DNA of 64,000 bases from Candidatus Eiseniibacteriota bacterium (GTDB taxonomy: Bacteria; Eisenbacteria; RBG-16-71-46). Below, one piece after another: positions 35,952 to 46,758 of the stretch. The translations under genes and the position numbers were made by a program. The DNA is taken from NCBI GenBank assembly GCA_041483195.1, contig JBGPFC010000006.1, positions 64,001 to 128,000 on the forward strand, written 5' to 3'. Below the pieces are notes generated by a model that was not told the origin of the DNA, searched no databases, and worked only from the letters and a program-made list of their open reading frames with translations. Position 1 is the first letter of the stretch. The number at the start of each line of letters is the position of its first letter.

Positions 35952-36752
35952 ATGATCAACAACCGAAACGTCATGGTGGTTCTGCCCGCCCACAACGCGG
36001 CCGCGACCCTGCAGCGGACGATCGCCGAGATCCCCATGAGCGTCGTCGATCAGCTGTTGCTGGTGGACGACGCCTCGCAGGACAACACCGCTGAAGTGGC
36101 GCGGCAGCAGGGCATCCCTTACATCGTCCACCCCAGGAACCGGGGGTACGGCGGCAACCAGAAGACCTGCTATGCGGAGGCCCTGCGCCGCGGCGCGGAG
36201 ATCGTCATCATGCTCCACCCGGACTACCAGTACACGCCGCGGCTGATCGGCGCGATGGCGTGGCTGGTGGGATCCGGCGAGTTCGACGTGGTGCTGGGCT
36301 CGCGCATCCTGGGCACCACCGGCGCCGTGAAGGGCGGGATGCCGCTCTACAAGTACGTCGCGAACCGCTTCCTCACGCTGGCGGAGAACATCCTGCTCGG
36401 GACCAAGCTCTCCGAATATCACACCGGCTACCGCGCCTTCAGCCGCGAGGTGTTGGAGACCCTGCCGCTCGAAGAGAATTCCGAAGACTTCGTCTTCGAC
36501 AACCAGATGCTGGTGCAGGCGGTGGCGTTCGGATTCCGGATCGGGGAGATCAGCTGTCCGACGAAATATTTCCCGGAGGCCTCGAGCATCAACTTCCGTC
36601 GCTCGGTGATCTATGGGCTGGGCGTGATGGCGACCGCCGTGTCGTATCGGCTGCATCGCTGGGGGCTGCGGCACTCCGCACTGTTCGAGCCGGAAGGACG
36701 CCGGCTGCCCACCGCCGGCGCCGCGCGCCCCGTCACCCGGAGGGAACGGTAG
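35952..36752 (+). CDS. Glycosyltransferase family 2 (DPM-synthase-like)
   Basis: [50 protein letters not shown]. Confidence 0.92.
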   Translation: MINNRNVMVVLPAHNAAATLQRTIAEIPMSVVDQLLLVDDASQDNTAEVARQQGIPYIVHPRNRGYGGNQKTCYAEALRRGAEIVIMLHPDYQYTPRLIGAMAWLVGSGEFDVVLGSRILGTTGAVKGGMPLYKYVANRFLTLAENILLGTKLSEYHTGYRAFSREVLETLPLEENSEDFVFDNQMLVQAVAFGFRIGEISCPTKYFPEASSINFRRSVIYGLGVMATAVSYRLHRWGLRHSALFEPEGRRLPTAGAARPVTRRER

Positions 36753-36770
36753 GCGGGCTCGCGCCCGCGA

Positions 36771-37355
36771 TCACGCTCCCCGGCGCACCGCGAAGCGATC
36801 CGGCGTCGCCTTGAATATGGCGAGCGTCGAATCCGAGGTGAAGAAGTATGGACGCCCGCCGAAGTCGAAACGCGGCGAGCGCCTGTCCGGGCGGAAGCGC
36901 CCCGCGCTCACCGGATCCGTGACGACGCCGCAGTATTGGAGCGGCCTCCTCACGAATCGTTCCTTCGCGTCGTGGCTCGAGAAGAAGTACACCTCGTGGT
37001 TCACGCAGGCGCGAAACGTGGAATCGAGCGTTGCCATCCGGCCGCGGCGCACCGGGCACGGCAGCTCGATGTGGAGCCCCGCGAGGTATTTTCCCGGGTC
37101 TTGCACGAAGACCCCTGGGCAGCCGCTTCAGCAGAAACCGACCGGCAGCCCGTTCACGTAGACCGGGCGCACCTTCGGGTTGAGCTTCGCGCCCCGCACC
37201 GCGCAGCGATCGTTGAGCGACACCAGCGAGTCCGGGTACTTGAGCCGCGGGTGCCCGGGATCGGCGGTGGGCACGTAGCGCTGGGCCCCGCTCGAGGCCG
37301 CGAGGCCGGCGGCGGCGAGCACCAGCGCGATGGCGATGACACGCGACGGCTTCAT
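36771..37355 (-). CDS. Secreted triple-YHS-domain protein, probable selenoprotein (in-frame UGA 37130-37128 = Sec76)
   Basis: Signal peptide; frame continues through TGA as VGFC*SGCPGVFVQDPGKYL, matching the YHS FCxxxC..F..dP.kY pattern; two further YHS-like repeats; SECIS-like hairpin follows; ATG overlaps the glyS stop. Confidence 0.82.
37093..37119 (-). promoter_or_regulatory. Candidate bacterial SECIS element
   Basis: CCC-AG-GGGUCUU-CGUGC-AAGACCC-GGG. The apical loop starts 21 nt after UGA with G at loop position 2 followed by U. Confidence 0.75.
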
Positions 37356-39493
37356 GCGCTCTTCTCCCCCTCGACGACCACCTTCGAAAGATCCCAGCCG
37401 CGCAGGAACAGCTCGCGCACCTCGGCGAGCAGCTTGAGCCGGCTGACGCGCGTCGGCAGATCGTCCACGTTCACCATCACGTGATCGAAGAAGCCGTGAA
37501 TCGCGGATTCCATCGCGAGCAGCGCGGGCAGGATCTCGGCGTAGGCGCGACGCTCCCACAACGGTTCGGTGCGCGCGCGGGCCGAATCCAGCGCCGCCAG
37601 CAGCATGCGCTCCGCGGGCTCGATCACGCGCGCGCGATCCAGCGAAGCCGGCAGCGATTCGGTCGCCTTGGCCAGGATGTTCGCGACGCGCTTGAACAGC
37701 ACGACCAGCGGCTCGAAGCGGGCGTCGGCGCGGAATCCGGCGAGCGTGCGCGCCCGTTCCAGGCAGTCGCATGGGTCGATCCAGCCCGGACGCGCGCGCG
37801 CCGCGCCGTCCGTCACGATGCGTGCCTCGAGCGCTGCGTCGCGCGCGTCGTACGGGACGCCCCGCTCGTCGAGCGCCGCCTCGACCCGGCCGCGCCAGAA
37901 TTCGCCAAGCTTCTTCACGATCTCGGCCTGCGACAGGTTCGGATCGGCGGCGAAGAACGCGCGGGTGCTCTCCATGGTCGCGTCCCGCAGATCCAGGTGG
38001 CGCTCCTGCTCGATGAGGATGCGCACCGCGCCGTTGGCCGCACGCCGCACGCCGTAGGGATCCTCGCTCCCGCTCGGCACCTTGCCGCCCACGAACGCGC
38101 CCGCCACGTGGTCGAGCTTGTCGGCGAGCGCGAGGATCACGCCGGCGGCCGTCGCGGGCGGCGCGTCGGCGGGGCCCCGCGGACGGTGGTGCTCGGAGAT
38201 CGCGGCCGCGACCGGCTCGGGCTCGCCCGCCCGGCGCGCGTAGTGCCCGCCCATCACGCCCTCGAGGCTCGCGTACTCCTTGCCGCTCCCGATCATCTCG
38301 GAGAGCAGATCGGTCTTGCACAACAGCGCGGCGCGGCGCGCGTGCGCGGCCGCGCCGGGCTCGAGCCGGGCCGCGATCCAGTCACACAGCGATTCGAGCC
38401 GCCGGGCCTTCTCGCGCAGGCTGCCGAGGCCCTCCATCCACACCACGCCCGCGAGCGCGTCGACGCGATGCGCCGGCGGCAGCTTGAGATCCGAGTTCCA
38501 GTAGAAGCGCGCGTCATCGAGACGCGCGATGAGCACGTCCTCGGCGCCCTTGCGCACGGTGTCGATGCCATGCGCCTCGCCGTTGCGCACCGCGATGAAC
38601 GCCGGCAGCAACCGGCCCGCCGCGTTCTCGACCGCGAAGAAGCGCTGGTGCTCGCGGAGCGCGGTGACGATCACCTCACGCGGCAGGTCGAGGAAGCCCG
38701 TGTCGAACGCGCCGGCGAACGCGGTCGGCCACTCGACCAGGAAGTTGTTGATCTCGAACAGCTCGGGATCCGCAACGACGCGCCCGCCGGCGGCGCGCGC
38801 GAGCGCCTCGACCTGTGAGCGCATCCGGGCGCCGCGCTCGCGCTGGCCGGCGATCACGTGTCGCGACGCCAGCGCCTCCGCATAGCGCGAAGCGTTCGGG
38901 ATCTCGACCGGCCCGGGCGCGAGGAAACGATGGCCCTGAGAAACCCGGCCCGCCTCGAGCGCGAACGCGCTGACCGGAATCACGTCGTCGCCCAGCAGCG
39001 CCACCATCCAGCGCACCGGCCGCGCGAACCGCGTTTCGTCATCGAGCCAGCGCATGGTCTTGGGGAACGTGAGCCGTTGGGCGAGCGCCGCGAGCGGCGC
39101 GCCCAGCACCTCGCGCGCGGGCTTGCCGGTGTGGTGGACGGTGACCGCCACGTATTCGCCCTTCGGCGTCGCGACCCTGCGCACCGCCGAAAGCTCGGCG
39201 CCCTTCCCCGCGCAGAATCCCAGGAGCGCCTTCGTGGGCTTCCCCTCCGCGTCCCACGCGACGCGTGAGGCCGGCCCCATCGCCTCCTCGCTCGCGTCGG
39301 CCTGGCGTTCGGCGACACCGCGAGCCGTGATCGCGAGGCGCCGCGGCGTCGCCAGCTTCTCGATTTCCCCGCTCTCGAGCCGCAGCTCGGCCAGCATCGC
39401 GCGCGCGCCCCGCTCGAGCTGCTCCAGCGCGGGCGGGACGTAGCCGGCCGGCAGCTCCTCGACGCCGATCTCGAACAATAGGTCGCGGCTCAC
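37352..39493 (-). CDS. glyS: Glycine--tRNA ligase beta subunit
   Basis: [57 protein letters not shown] overlaps the glyQ stop. Confidence 0.96.
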   Translation of the reverse strand: MSRDLLFEIGVEELPAGYVPPALEQLERGARAMLAELRLESGEIEKLATPRRLAITARGVAERQADASEEAMGPASRVAWDAEGKPTKALLGFCAGKGAELSAVRRVATPKGEYVAVTVHHTGKPAREVLGAPLAALAQRLTFPKTMRWLDDETRFARPVRWMVALLGDDVIPVSAFALEAGRVSQGHRFLAPGPVEIPNASRYAEALASRHVIAGQRERGARMRSQVEALARAAGGRVVADPELFEINNFLVEWPTAFAGAFDTGFLDLPREVIVTALREHQRFFAVENAAGRLLPAFIAVRNGEAHGIDTVRKGAEDVLIARLDDARFYWNSDLKLPPAHRVDALAGVVWMEGLGSLREKARRLESLCDWIAARLEPGAAAHARRAALLCKTDLLSEMIGSGKEYASLEGVMGGHYARRAGEPEPVAAAISEHHRPRGPADAPPATAAGVILALADKLDHVAGAFVGGKVPSGSEDPYGVRRAANGAVRILIEQERHLDLRDATMESTRAFFAADPNLSQAEIVKKLGEFWRGRVEAALDERGVPYDARDAALEARIVTDGAARARPGWIDPCDCLERARTLAGFRADARFEPLVVLFKRVANILAKATESLPASLDRARVIEPAERMLLAALDSARARTEPLWERRAYAEILPALLAMESAIHGFFDHVMVNVDDLPTRVSRLKLLAEVRELFLRGWDLSKVVVEGEKSA

Positions 39494-40473
39494 GCCTTCG
39501 CTCCCCGCGGCGCGCTCGACGCTCCCGCGTTCGCCGGCGCCGCGTTGTCCTCGGCCGGCTTCACCCACCTCGCGCGCTGCGCCTCGTCCTTGATGAGCGG
39601 GAATCCCAGCGCCGCGCGCTGCTTCAGGTACGCGGTGGCGCTCCTGCGCGCGAGCTTGCGCACGCGGCCGATGTAGCCCACCCGCTCGCTCACCGAGATC
39701 GCACCGCGCGCATCGAGCAGGTTGAACAGGTGCGAGCACTTGATGACGCAATCGTAGCCCGGCGCGACCAGATCGAGCTCGAGCAGCCGCAGCGCCTCTG
39801 CCTCCCAGCGCTTGAACATGTCGAACAGGCCATCGACGTCGGCCAGCTCGAAGTTGTAGCGCGACCACTCGCGCTCGTTCTGGAGCCAGAGCTCGCCCCA
39901 CGTCACGCCCGGCGCCCACGCGAGGTCCTGCACGCGATCCTTCCCCTGCAGCATCATGCCGATGCGATCGAGCCCGTAGGTGAGCTCGGCCGAGACGATC
40001 GCCACCTCGATCCCGCCGCACTGCTGGAAGTATGTGAACTGCGAGATCTCGGTGCCGTCCATCAGCACCTGCCATCCGAGCCCGGCCGCGCCCAGCGTCG
40101 GCGATTCCCAGTCGTCCTCGACCAGTCGCAGGTCGTGCTCGAGCGGGTCGATGCCGATCGCGCGCAGGCTGTCGAAGTACTGCTCGACCACGTCGGCCGG
40201 CGCGGGCTTCAGCAGCACCTGGTACTGGTAGAACTGCTGGAAGCGATGCGGGTTCTCGCCGTAGCGGCCGTCCTTGGGACGGCGCGACGGCTCGACGAAC
40301 GCGACCCGCCACGGCTCGGGCCCGAGCGAGCGCAGGAAGGTGGCGGGGTTGAACGTCCCCGCGCCGACCTCGGACGGATAGGGCTGCTGGATCACGCACC
40401 CGCGCGCGGCCCAGTACTGTTGGAGCGCGAGGATCATGTCCTGCAGCGATCGCTTCGGGCTCAGTTCGGGCAC
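39490..40473 (-). CDS. glyQ: Glycine--tRNA ligase alpha subunit
   Basis: [55 protein letters not shown]. Confidence 0.96.
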   Translation of the reverse strand: MPELSPKRSLQDMILALQQYWAARGCVIQQPYPSEVGAGTFNPATFLRSLGPEPWRVAFVEPSRRPKDGRYGENPHRFQQFYQYQVLLKPAPADVVEQYFDSLRAIGIDPLEHDLRLVEDDWESPTLGAAGLGWQVLMDGTEISQFTYFQQCGGIEVAIVSAELTYGLDRIGMMLQGKDRVQDLAWAPGVTWGELWLQNEREWSRYNFELADVDGLFDMFKRWEAEALRLLELDLVAPGYDCVIKCSHLFNLLDARGAISVSERVGYIGRVRKLARRSATAYLKQRAALGFPLIKDEAQRARWVKPAEDNAAPANAGASSAPRGAKA

Positions 40474-41252
40474 GGCGTGTCCTCCTTCGCCTTCTCCTCG
40501 GGCAGCGAGCGCAGCATCTCGAGCGAGCGCAGTCCCTGGAATCGGGTGAAGTGGTAGCGCAGGAACGTCTCGACCACGCGCAGGATCTCGCTCGCGCGCT
40601 TCACCTCGAGATACTGGCCCGCCTCGCCCACCGGCCGCGACAGCATCAGCGAGAGCCCGGCCAGCGCGTCGGCCGAGAGCGCGACCGCGCCCGATTCGCC
40701 CGGCGCGCAACGATCGCACAGCATGCCGCCGCGCGCCGGCGAGAACAACCGCCGTTGCGAGAGCGCGCCGCCGCAGTTCGCGCACGCGTCGAAGCGCGGG
40801 CGGTAGCCGAGCAGGCTCGCGACCTGCAGCTCGAACGCGATGGTGAGCGCGGGCAGCGTGGCCTCCGGCGCGCGGGTCACCGCCTCGAGCATCGCGCGCA
40901 GCAGGTCGAACAGCTCGGCGTGCGGCTCCTCGCCCCACACCAGGCGGTCGATCAGCTCGAGCGCTGCCTCGGCGTGCGCGAGCCGCGGGAGGTCGGCGAG
41001 CCGGCTGCCGGTGGGATCCAGGGTGTCGGCCTGCGAGAGCAGGTGCAGGTCGCGGTCCGGCTTGAAGTAGAAGTGATAGCGCGCGCGGGAGAGCGGCTCG
41101 AGCGCGTAGCCGAACCGGCTCGGCGTCTTGCGCGCGCCCTTCGCCACCAGCTTGAGGGTGCCCATGTCGCGCATGTACACGACCGCGATGCGGCTGGTGT
41201 CGCCGAGCGCGTAGGTCTTGAGCACGATGCCTTCGCTCTGCGTCAGGCCCAT
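40461..41252 (-). CDS. recO: DNA repair protein RecO
   Basis: EGIVLK, AKGARK..SRF...LEP, LLGYRP..CANC...GGMLCDRC; located upstream of glyQS. Confidence 0.92.
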   Translation of the reverse strand: MGLTQSEGIVLKTYALGDTSRIAVVYMRDMGTLKLVAKGARKTPSRFGYALEPLSRARYHFYFKPDRDLHLLSQADTLDPTGSRLADLPRLAHAEAALELIDRLVWGEEPHAELFDLLRAMLEAVTRAPEATLPALTIAFELQVASLLGYRPRFDACANCGGALSQRRLFSPARGGMLCDRCAPGESGAVALSADALAGLSLMLSRPVGEAGQYLEVKRASEILRVVETFLRYHFTRFQGLRSLEMLRSLPEEKAKEDTPCPN

Positions 41253-41256
41253 GCGC

Positions 41257-41904
41257 TCATTCCCTGGGCTGCGGGGCGCCGGGCTGCACGACCCCTCCCG
41301 AGACGATCAGCTTGAGCCCGTCCTCGATCGGCCAGTCGAGGTAGATGATCGAGGCGCGCGGCACGTAGTGGACGAACCCCGATGCGGGATTCGGCGTGTG
41401 CGGAACGAACACCACCTCGATGTCCTGCGCGAGGGCCTTGCGCACGTCGGCGCCCGGCCGTCCGGTGATGAACCCCACGCGCCACATCCCGGGGTGCGGC
41501 CACGGCACCAGCACCACCTGCCGGAACGCCTGCTCCTTCTGGCTGATCAGCGCCTCGCCGAGCGACTTGGTCGAGCCGTAGAGAATGCCGACGCCCGGGA
41601 TCCGCATCAGCAGCTTGTCCCAGATCCGCGTGAGCGGGCCCGATCCGATCCACGAAGCGATCAACCCCACGATCACGAGCAGCAGCAGGGTCGCGACCAG
41701 GCCGAGCCCTGGGATGCGGTGGTACTCGAACGCCGGGAAACGCAGGTAGCGGCCCAGGATGTTGTCCACCCAGTTGAGCAGACGGTAGAACACCCAGAGC
41801 GTCACAGCTGAGGGCGCGAGCACCAGCAACCCGGTGAGGAGATAGTTGCGCAGCCGGCCGATCAGGCCGGGGCCGCGAACCTTGGGAACGTCGAGGGGCG
41901 CCAT
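41257..41904 (-). CDS. DUF502 domain membrane protein
   Basis: LRNYLLTGLLVLAP, RIPGV..LY, F..VVLVPWP, VFVP.TPNP.SGF. Confidence 0.85.
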   Translation of the reverse strand: MAPLDVPKVRGPGLIGRLRNYLLTGLLVLAPSAVTLWVFYRLLNWVDNILGRYLRFPAFEYHRIPGLGLVATLLLLVIVGLIASWIGSGPLTRIWDKLLMRIPGVGILYGSTKSLGEALISQKEQAFRQVVLVPWPHPGMWRVGFITGRPGADVRKALAQDIEVVFVPHTPNPASGFVHYVPRASIIYLDWPIEDGLKLIVSGGVVQPGAPQPRE

Positions 41905-42026
41905 GCGCGGGTGGGTCTCCGTGACGGTGAGAGGGAATCGCCGCGGAGAATGTAGCGCGGATCAGCCCCCGCGGTCACGCGGCGGCGGCCGGTTCCGCGC
42001 GGGGGTCTCGCGCCGGAGCGCGTGAT

Positions 42027-42878
42027 TCAGTGCATCGAGAATCGAATCGGGACGATGACCCAGACCGCGACCGGCTCGTTATCCGAGGTCGCCGGCTTGA
42101 ACTTCCATCTGCGAACCGCGTCGGCTGCCGCATCGTCCAGGCCCGGGACGGACCACTCCACGCGTGTGGATTTCACCGACCCATCCTTCTCCACCCGCGC
42201 GAGGATCTGGACCGTGCCCTGGATCCGGCGGCGCTGAGCGCCGGGTGGGTAGACGGGCGGCGCCTTGTAGATGGCCTCTGGGAGTTCCTCGACGGTCGCG
42301 GCCGCGCCGGGACTCGCCTTCGGAGCGTCGGGCGGGGCATCGGGCAGCCGCGCCGCACGGAGCGCGGCGTCGGCCGGGAGCGCCGCCTTCACGAGATCGA
42401 AGATCGAATCCGCGCGGCTCGCGAACCGGATGCAACCGCCGGAGCCCCGGTCGAACAGGAACTGCGCGCAGCGCTCGCGGAACAAGAGCAGGAGCTGCAG
42501 GGTGTCGTCACCGCGCGTGATCGTCACCAGCGTCGCGACCTGCGCGGTGTCCACGCAGGGCCAGCAGGCCGGGCATCCGCCATATCGGGAGTAGTTCTCC
42601 TCGATCATCAGCGCAGCGGTGAGCCGGCGGCGCCAGCCCGGGTCCGCCGCGGCGCTGCTCGCGGGTCGCGAGGAGCGAATGACCCTGCGCTCGTCGGTCG
42701 GCTCCACGGATCCGGAACGCCGCGGGACGAGGCGGGCGACCGTTACGCGGTCCGCCCGATCCATGAACGCGCGCACCGCTTCGAAGTCCGGGGGCGCGGC
42801 CCACTGGGCGAACGCCGGCGCTGCCGTCAGCGCGAGGAAGCACAGCGCGCCCGCCGGCGTGATCGAATGACGTGGCAT
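42027..42878 (-). CDS. Energy transducer TonB-family C-terminal domain protein
   Basis: PVYP..A....IQGTV.I...VEKDG.V...LDDAA.DAVRRWKFKPA...V.IPIRF; signal peptide. Confidence 0.8.
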   Translation of the reverse strand: MPRHSITPAGALCFLALTAAPAFAQWAAPPDFEAVRAFMDRADRVTVARLVPRRSGSVEPTDERRVIRSSRPASSAAADPGWRRRLTAALMIEENYSRYGGCPACWPCVDTAQVATLVTITRGDDTLQLLLLFRERCAQFLFDRGSGGCIRFASRADSIFDLVKAALPADAALRAARLPDAPPDAPKASPGAAATVEELPEAIYKAPPVYPPGAQRRRIQGTVQILARVEKDGSVKSTRVEWSVPGLDDAAADAVRRWKFKPATSDNEPVAVWVIVPIRFSMH

Positions 42879-42926
42879 CGATCGTTCCCCCCTTCGCGCG
42901 ACGATCGTGACCGGCGCGGGGCGCCC

Positions 42927-43391
42927 TCAGACGCGGACGCCGCGGGCCAGGAGCCGCTCCATCACGCGGACATTCCCGCGTCCCGCGCGCATCGCGCGCT
43001 CCTCGCGCGCGCGCATCCGCCTCCGGTCGAGCGCCCGATGATGATCGAGCCCGGCCAGGTGGAGCGCGCCGTGAACGGCGAGTCGCGCCAGCTCGGAGCC
43101 GCGCGTCACGCGGAAACGCTTCGCCTGCTGCTCGACCCGCTCGAGCGAGATCACGATGTCGCCGTCGATCGCGTCGCCGGCCCGCTCGTGGTAGGCGAAC
43201 GACAGCACGTCGGTCGCGCGGTCGATGCCGCGCCAGGTGCGGTTCAGCTCGCGCAGCAGCGCGTCGTCGGCGAGCGAGACCGCGATCTCTCCCGCGCGCC
43301 CGCCCTCCTGCTCGATGGTCCCGCGCACCAGCGCCTTGAGGGGCGCGGCCAGCCGCGCGAGGCTACCGGGCGTCTTTACCGAGATCGGCAT
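42927..43391 (-). CDS. ybeY: rRNA maturation endoribonuclease YbeY
   Basis: LNRTWRG.D.ATDVLSF, GDIVIS, HGALHLAGLDH. Confidence 0.93.
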   Translation of the reverse strand: MPISVKTPGSLARLAAPLKALVRGTIEQEGGRAGEIAVSLADDALLRELNRTWRGIDRATDVLSFAYHERAGDAIDGDIVISLERVEQQAKRFRVTRGSELARLAVHGALHLAGLDHHRALDRRRMRAREERAMRAGRGNVRVMERLLARGVRV

Positions 43392-45588
43392 CGGCCCGCG
43401 GGCGCTTGGTGGGATCCACGGGATACGGCGCGCGCACGTGGAAGATCGCGGTGAGCACCGGGATGAACGCTTCGCGGATGCGCGCGAGGTCCTGCATGGT
43501 GAGCCCGCAATCGTCGAGCTGCCCCTGCTGCACGCGCTCCTCGATGATGCGCGTCACGAGGCCGCGAATACGGCTGGGCGTGGGCTCGGCCAGCGCGCGC
43601 GAGGCGCCCTCGACGCCGTCGGCGAGCATGAGGATCGCGGTCTCGCGCGAACGCGGCCGCGGTCCCGGGTAGCAGAACTCTTCGCGGCGCGCGCTGGGAT
43701 CGGACTCCAGCGCCTTGTGGTAGAAGAACGCCATCACCATGGTGCCGTGGTGCTCGGGGATCGCGGCCTGCACCGCGCGCGGCAGGCGCTGGCGTCGCGC
43801 CATCTCGAGGCCCTCGCTGATGTGCGACTTCACCACCAGCGTGCTCATGCTGGGGGCGAGCTTCTCGTGACGGCTGCGCGAGGCGGCGGGCTCGTTCTCT
43901 GCGTAATATTCGGGCTTCGAGAGCTTGCCGATGTCGTGGTAGTAGGCCGAGACCCGCGCGAGCAGCGAATTGGCGCCGATCGCCTCGGTCGCGGCCTCTG
44001 CGAGGCTGCCCACCACCATGCTGTGGTGGTAGGTGCCGGGCGCCTCGAGCTGGAGGCGCTTGAGCAGCGGGCGGTTGAGGTCGGAGAGCTCGAGCAGCGT
44101 GATGTCGGACGTCAGTCCGAACAGGTGCTCGACCGGAGGCAGCAGCAGGAACGCGACCGAGACCGCGATGAAGCTGTTGAGCCCGCCCCACATCGCGTCC
44201 TGCAGCAGGGCGGTGGGCGCCGTCGCGCGCGCGAGATCCCACGCGAGGATCGCGGCCAGGTTCGCCATCGCGATGGTGAGCGAGGCGCGCGCGAAGTGCC
44301 AGCGATGGCGCAGGCGCGACACCGAGTACACGGCGGTGACGCCGCCCATCGCGGCCACCGCGACGAACGGCGCGCGCAGCTCGCCCACCACGGTCACCGC
44401 CACCGCGAGCGTGAGCGTGAACACCAGCGCCGGGCGCTTCTCGAGCAGCGAGGCCACCACCAGCGGCGCGAGCGCGAGCGGGACCGTGAACTCGGAGAGC
44501 CCGAACACGCCGACCATCAGCTCGGTGAGCCCCATGACGATCGCGGTGAGGAGCGTGAACATCGCGAGCATGGCGTTGTCGCGGAACACGCCGGGCAGCT
44601 CCATGCGCAGGTAGGTCGCGAACACCGCGATGAAGAGCAGCATGAGCAGCATGCGTGCGACCGGCGGGTAGAGGAACTCGGTGCGGCCGCGGCGCGCCTC
44701 CTCGAGGTTGCGCAGCGAGCGCAGCTTGAGCAGCACCTCGCTCGTGACCCGCTGGTTCGCGTCCATCAGCAGCTCGTCCTTCTGCACCATGCCGAGCGTC
44801 GCGGGCACCGCGCCCTGCGCCTGCACGCGCCGCCACTCGGTCTCGGCGCGGTCGTAGAGCACGTTGGGCTGGACGAACGGGTCCGCCAGCTCCTGCACCA
44901 GCTTCACCCCCGCGGGGTCCCCGGGGAACGCCGCGCGCGCGCGGCGCTCGACGACCAGCAGCGCCTCGCGGCGGTCGTAGAACAGGCTCACCGCACGCGA
45001 TGATTCGCCCTCGCCCTCCCGCAGGTTAACGCTCGAGTAGCCGAGCAGCAGGTCGTTGCGCTTCTCGGGCACGACCCCCGCGTCGTACAGCTCGTGCAAC
45101 CAGCCCCCGAGCGATTCGAGCGCGCGCCTCGCGCGGCCCGGGGCCGCGAGCGCGGCAGCGCCTTCGTCGGAGAGCGGAACCCCCAGCGCGCGCAGGCGCG
45201 TCACCCGATCGGCGGGGCGCAGCGAGGGATCGAGCACGGCGACCAGCGCCTTCTCCTGGAACGCCGCGAAGCGATTCAGCATGTCGCCTGAGGCGCGCGC
45301 GTCCACCATGAACACCGGCGGCACGGCCCCCGCGACCTGCTGTTGCTCCCGCCGCAGCGTCGCCTCGTCCTTCTCGACGCGGAAGTCGTAGGGCGCGACC
45401 AGCCGCTCGCGTGCGATGTCGCCCTCGCGATAGCGGTACTTGTCGGGCGCGGCGTGGCGCCTCGGAAGCACAGCAGCGAGCGCGAGCAGGGCCGCGACCA
45501 TCAGCACCCGCAGCGCGTAGTAGCCCCACCGCACCGACCGCGCGCGGTCGGGCAGCGCGGGGTGCTGGGCGACGTCCTGTACGCTCAT
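43363..45588 (-). CDS. 7TM-HD family phosphohydrolase (PgpH-like)
   Basis: Large extracytoplasmic domain, ~7 TMs, LLELSD, EAPGTYHHS, YYHDIGK, EHHGT, YPGPRP, MLAD. Confidence 0.9.
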   Translation of the reverse strand: MSVQDVAQHPALPDRARSVRWGYYALRVLMVAALLALAAVLPRRHAAPDKYRYREGDIARERLVAPYDFRVEKDEATLRREQQQVAGAVPPVFMVDARASGDMLNRFAAFQEKALVAVLDPSLRPADRVTRLRALGVPLSDEGAAALAAPGRARRALESLGGWLHELYDAGVVPEKRNDLLLGYSSVNLREGEGESSRAVSLFYDRREALLVVERRARAAFPGDPAGVKLVQELADPFVQPNVLYDRAETEWRRVQAQGAVPATLGMVQKDELLMDANQRVTSEVLLKLRSLRNLEEARRGRTEFLYPPVARMLLMLLFIAVFATYLRMELPGVFRDNAMLAMFTLLTAIVMGLTELMVGVFGLSEFTVPLALAPLVVASLLEKRPALVFTLTLAVAVTVVGELRAPFVAVAAMGGVTAVYSVSRLRHRWHFARASLTIAMANLAAILAWDLARATAPTALLQDAMWGGLNSFIAVSVAFLLLPPVEHLFGLTSDITLLELSDLNRPLLKRLQLEAPGTYHHSMVVGSLAEAATEAIGANSLLARVSAYYHDIGKLSKPEYYAENEPAASRSRHEKLAPSMSTLVVKSHISEGLEMARRQRLPRAVQAAIPEHHGTMVMAFFYHKALESDPSARREEFCYPGPRPRSRETAILMLADGVEGASRALAEPTPSRIRGLVTRIIEERVQQGQLDDCGLTMQDLARIREAFIPVLTAIFHVRAPYPVDPTKRPRADADLGKDAR

Positions 45589-45631
45589 GGAGGTGGGCCC
45601 CGATGCCGGAACACGAAGGCGGCGCGCGCCG

Positions 45632-46744
45632 CTAGATCGATGGACCGCGGTCTACAGGATCGGGTGGAAGCTCTGACGCGTGGCCGTTCTGAGCGTCCGC
45701 CGCCGTGGATGGCGCGGCCGAAGGCTGCTGAGCCTCGGGATCGAGCGCGGTGCCAACGCCGTCTTCGACGCCGCCGTTCTGGCGCGCGTGGTAGTCGTCG
45801 AACGCGCGAATGATGTCGCGCACCAGGCGATGGCGCACCACGTCCTCGGGATGGAAGTAGATGAACTTGATGTCGGCGACCCCGCCGAGGATGGTCTGGA
45901 TCCGGACCAGACCCGAGCTCTCCGGCTCCTTGAGGTCGATCTGGGTGACGTCCCCGGTGATCACCGCCCGCGAGTTCACGCCCATGCGCGTCAGGAACAT
46001 CTTCATCTGCCGCACCGTCGTGTTCTGCGCCTCGTCGAGGATCACGAACGAGCTGTGTAGCGTGCGCCCGCGCATGAAGGCGAGCGGAGCGATCTCGATC
46101 ACCCCGAGCTCGATGTAGCGGCGCATCTTGTCGTACGACATGAGATCGGCGAGCGCGTCGTACATGGGCCGCAGGTAGGGGTCGACCTTCTCCTGCATGT
46201 CGCCCGGCAGGAACCCCAGGCTCTCGCCCGCTTCCACCGCCGGACGCACCAGGATGATGCGGTCCACCTTCTTCGCGCGCAGCGCATGCACCGCCGCCGC
46301 GACCGCGAGGTAGGTCTTGCCGGTGCCGGCGGGCCCGATCGCGAACACGACGTCGTGCTCCTCGAGCGCCTTGAGGTAATGCGCCTGGGTCGGCGTGCGC
46401 GCGCGCACGCCCTTGCGGTCGAAGTTGTAGCCGGGGGCGCCTTCATACGCTTCCACGAGCCGCGCGCCGTTGTCGCCGTTGCGGCGCGTGAGGCCGAGCG
46501 CGGTCGCGACGTCGGCCTCCTCCACCACCTTGCCGCGCTCCGCGAGATCCACCAGATCCTTGAGCGCGCGCGAGGCGGAGGTCACGGCTTCGTCTTCGCC
46601 GGAGACCGTGATGGTGCCGTCGCGCAGCGTGAGGCGCACCGGCAGCGTGCGCTCGATCTGACGCAGGTTGGCGTCGTTCTGACCCAGCAGTCCGACCGGC
46701 TCGAGATGCTCGATGGGAAACTTGCGAACGATCACGTCATCCAC
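45632..46744 (-). CDS. phoH: PhoH family protein
   Basis: GPAGTGKTYLA, RPAVEAGESLGFLPG, APLAFMRGRT, LDEAQN, TGDVTQIDL, DVVRH. Confidence 0.95.
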   Translation of the reverse strand: MDDVIVRKFPIEHLEPVGLLGQNDANLRQIERTLPVRLTLRDGTITVSGEDEAVTSASRALKDLVDLAERGKVVEEADVATALGLTRRNGDNGARLVEAYEGAPGYNFDRKGVRARTPTQAHYLKALEEHDVVFAIGPAGTGKTYLAVAAAVHALRAKKVDRIILVRPAVEAGESLGFLPGDMQEKVDPYLRPMYDALADLMSYDKMRRYIELGVIEIAPLAFMRGRTLHSSFVILDEAQNTTVRQMKMFLTRMGVNSRAVITGDVTQIDLKEPESSGLVRIQTILGGVADIKFIYFHPEDVVRHRLVRDIIRAFDDYHARQNGGVEDGVGTALDPEAQQPSAAPSTAADAQNGHASELPPDPVDRGPSI

Positions 46745-46758
46745 CTCGCGGCCCCGAG

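Noticed and set aside
36771..37355. Interpretation as two small genes or a simple pseudogene
   Set aside because: The stop falls mid-motif at a Cys-equivalent position, the frame is intact on both sides, and a SECIS-like hairpin is correctly placed. A pseudogene remains the fallback if sel genes are absent.
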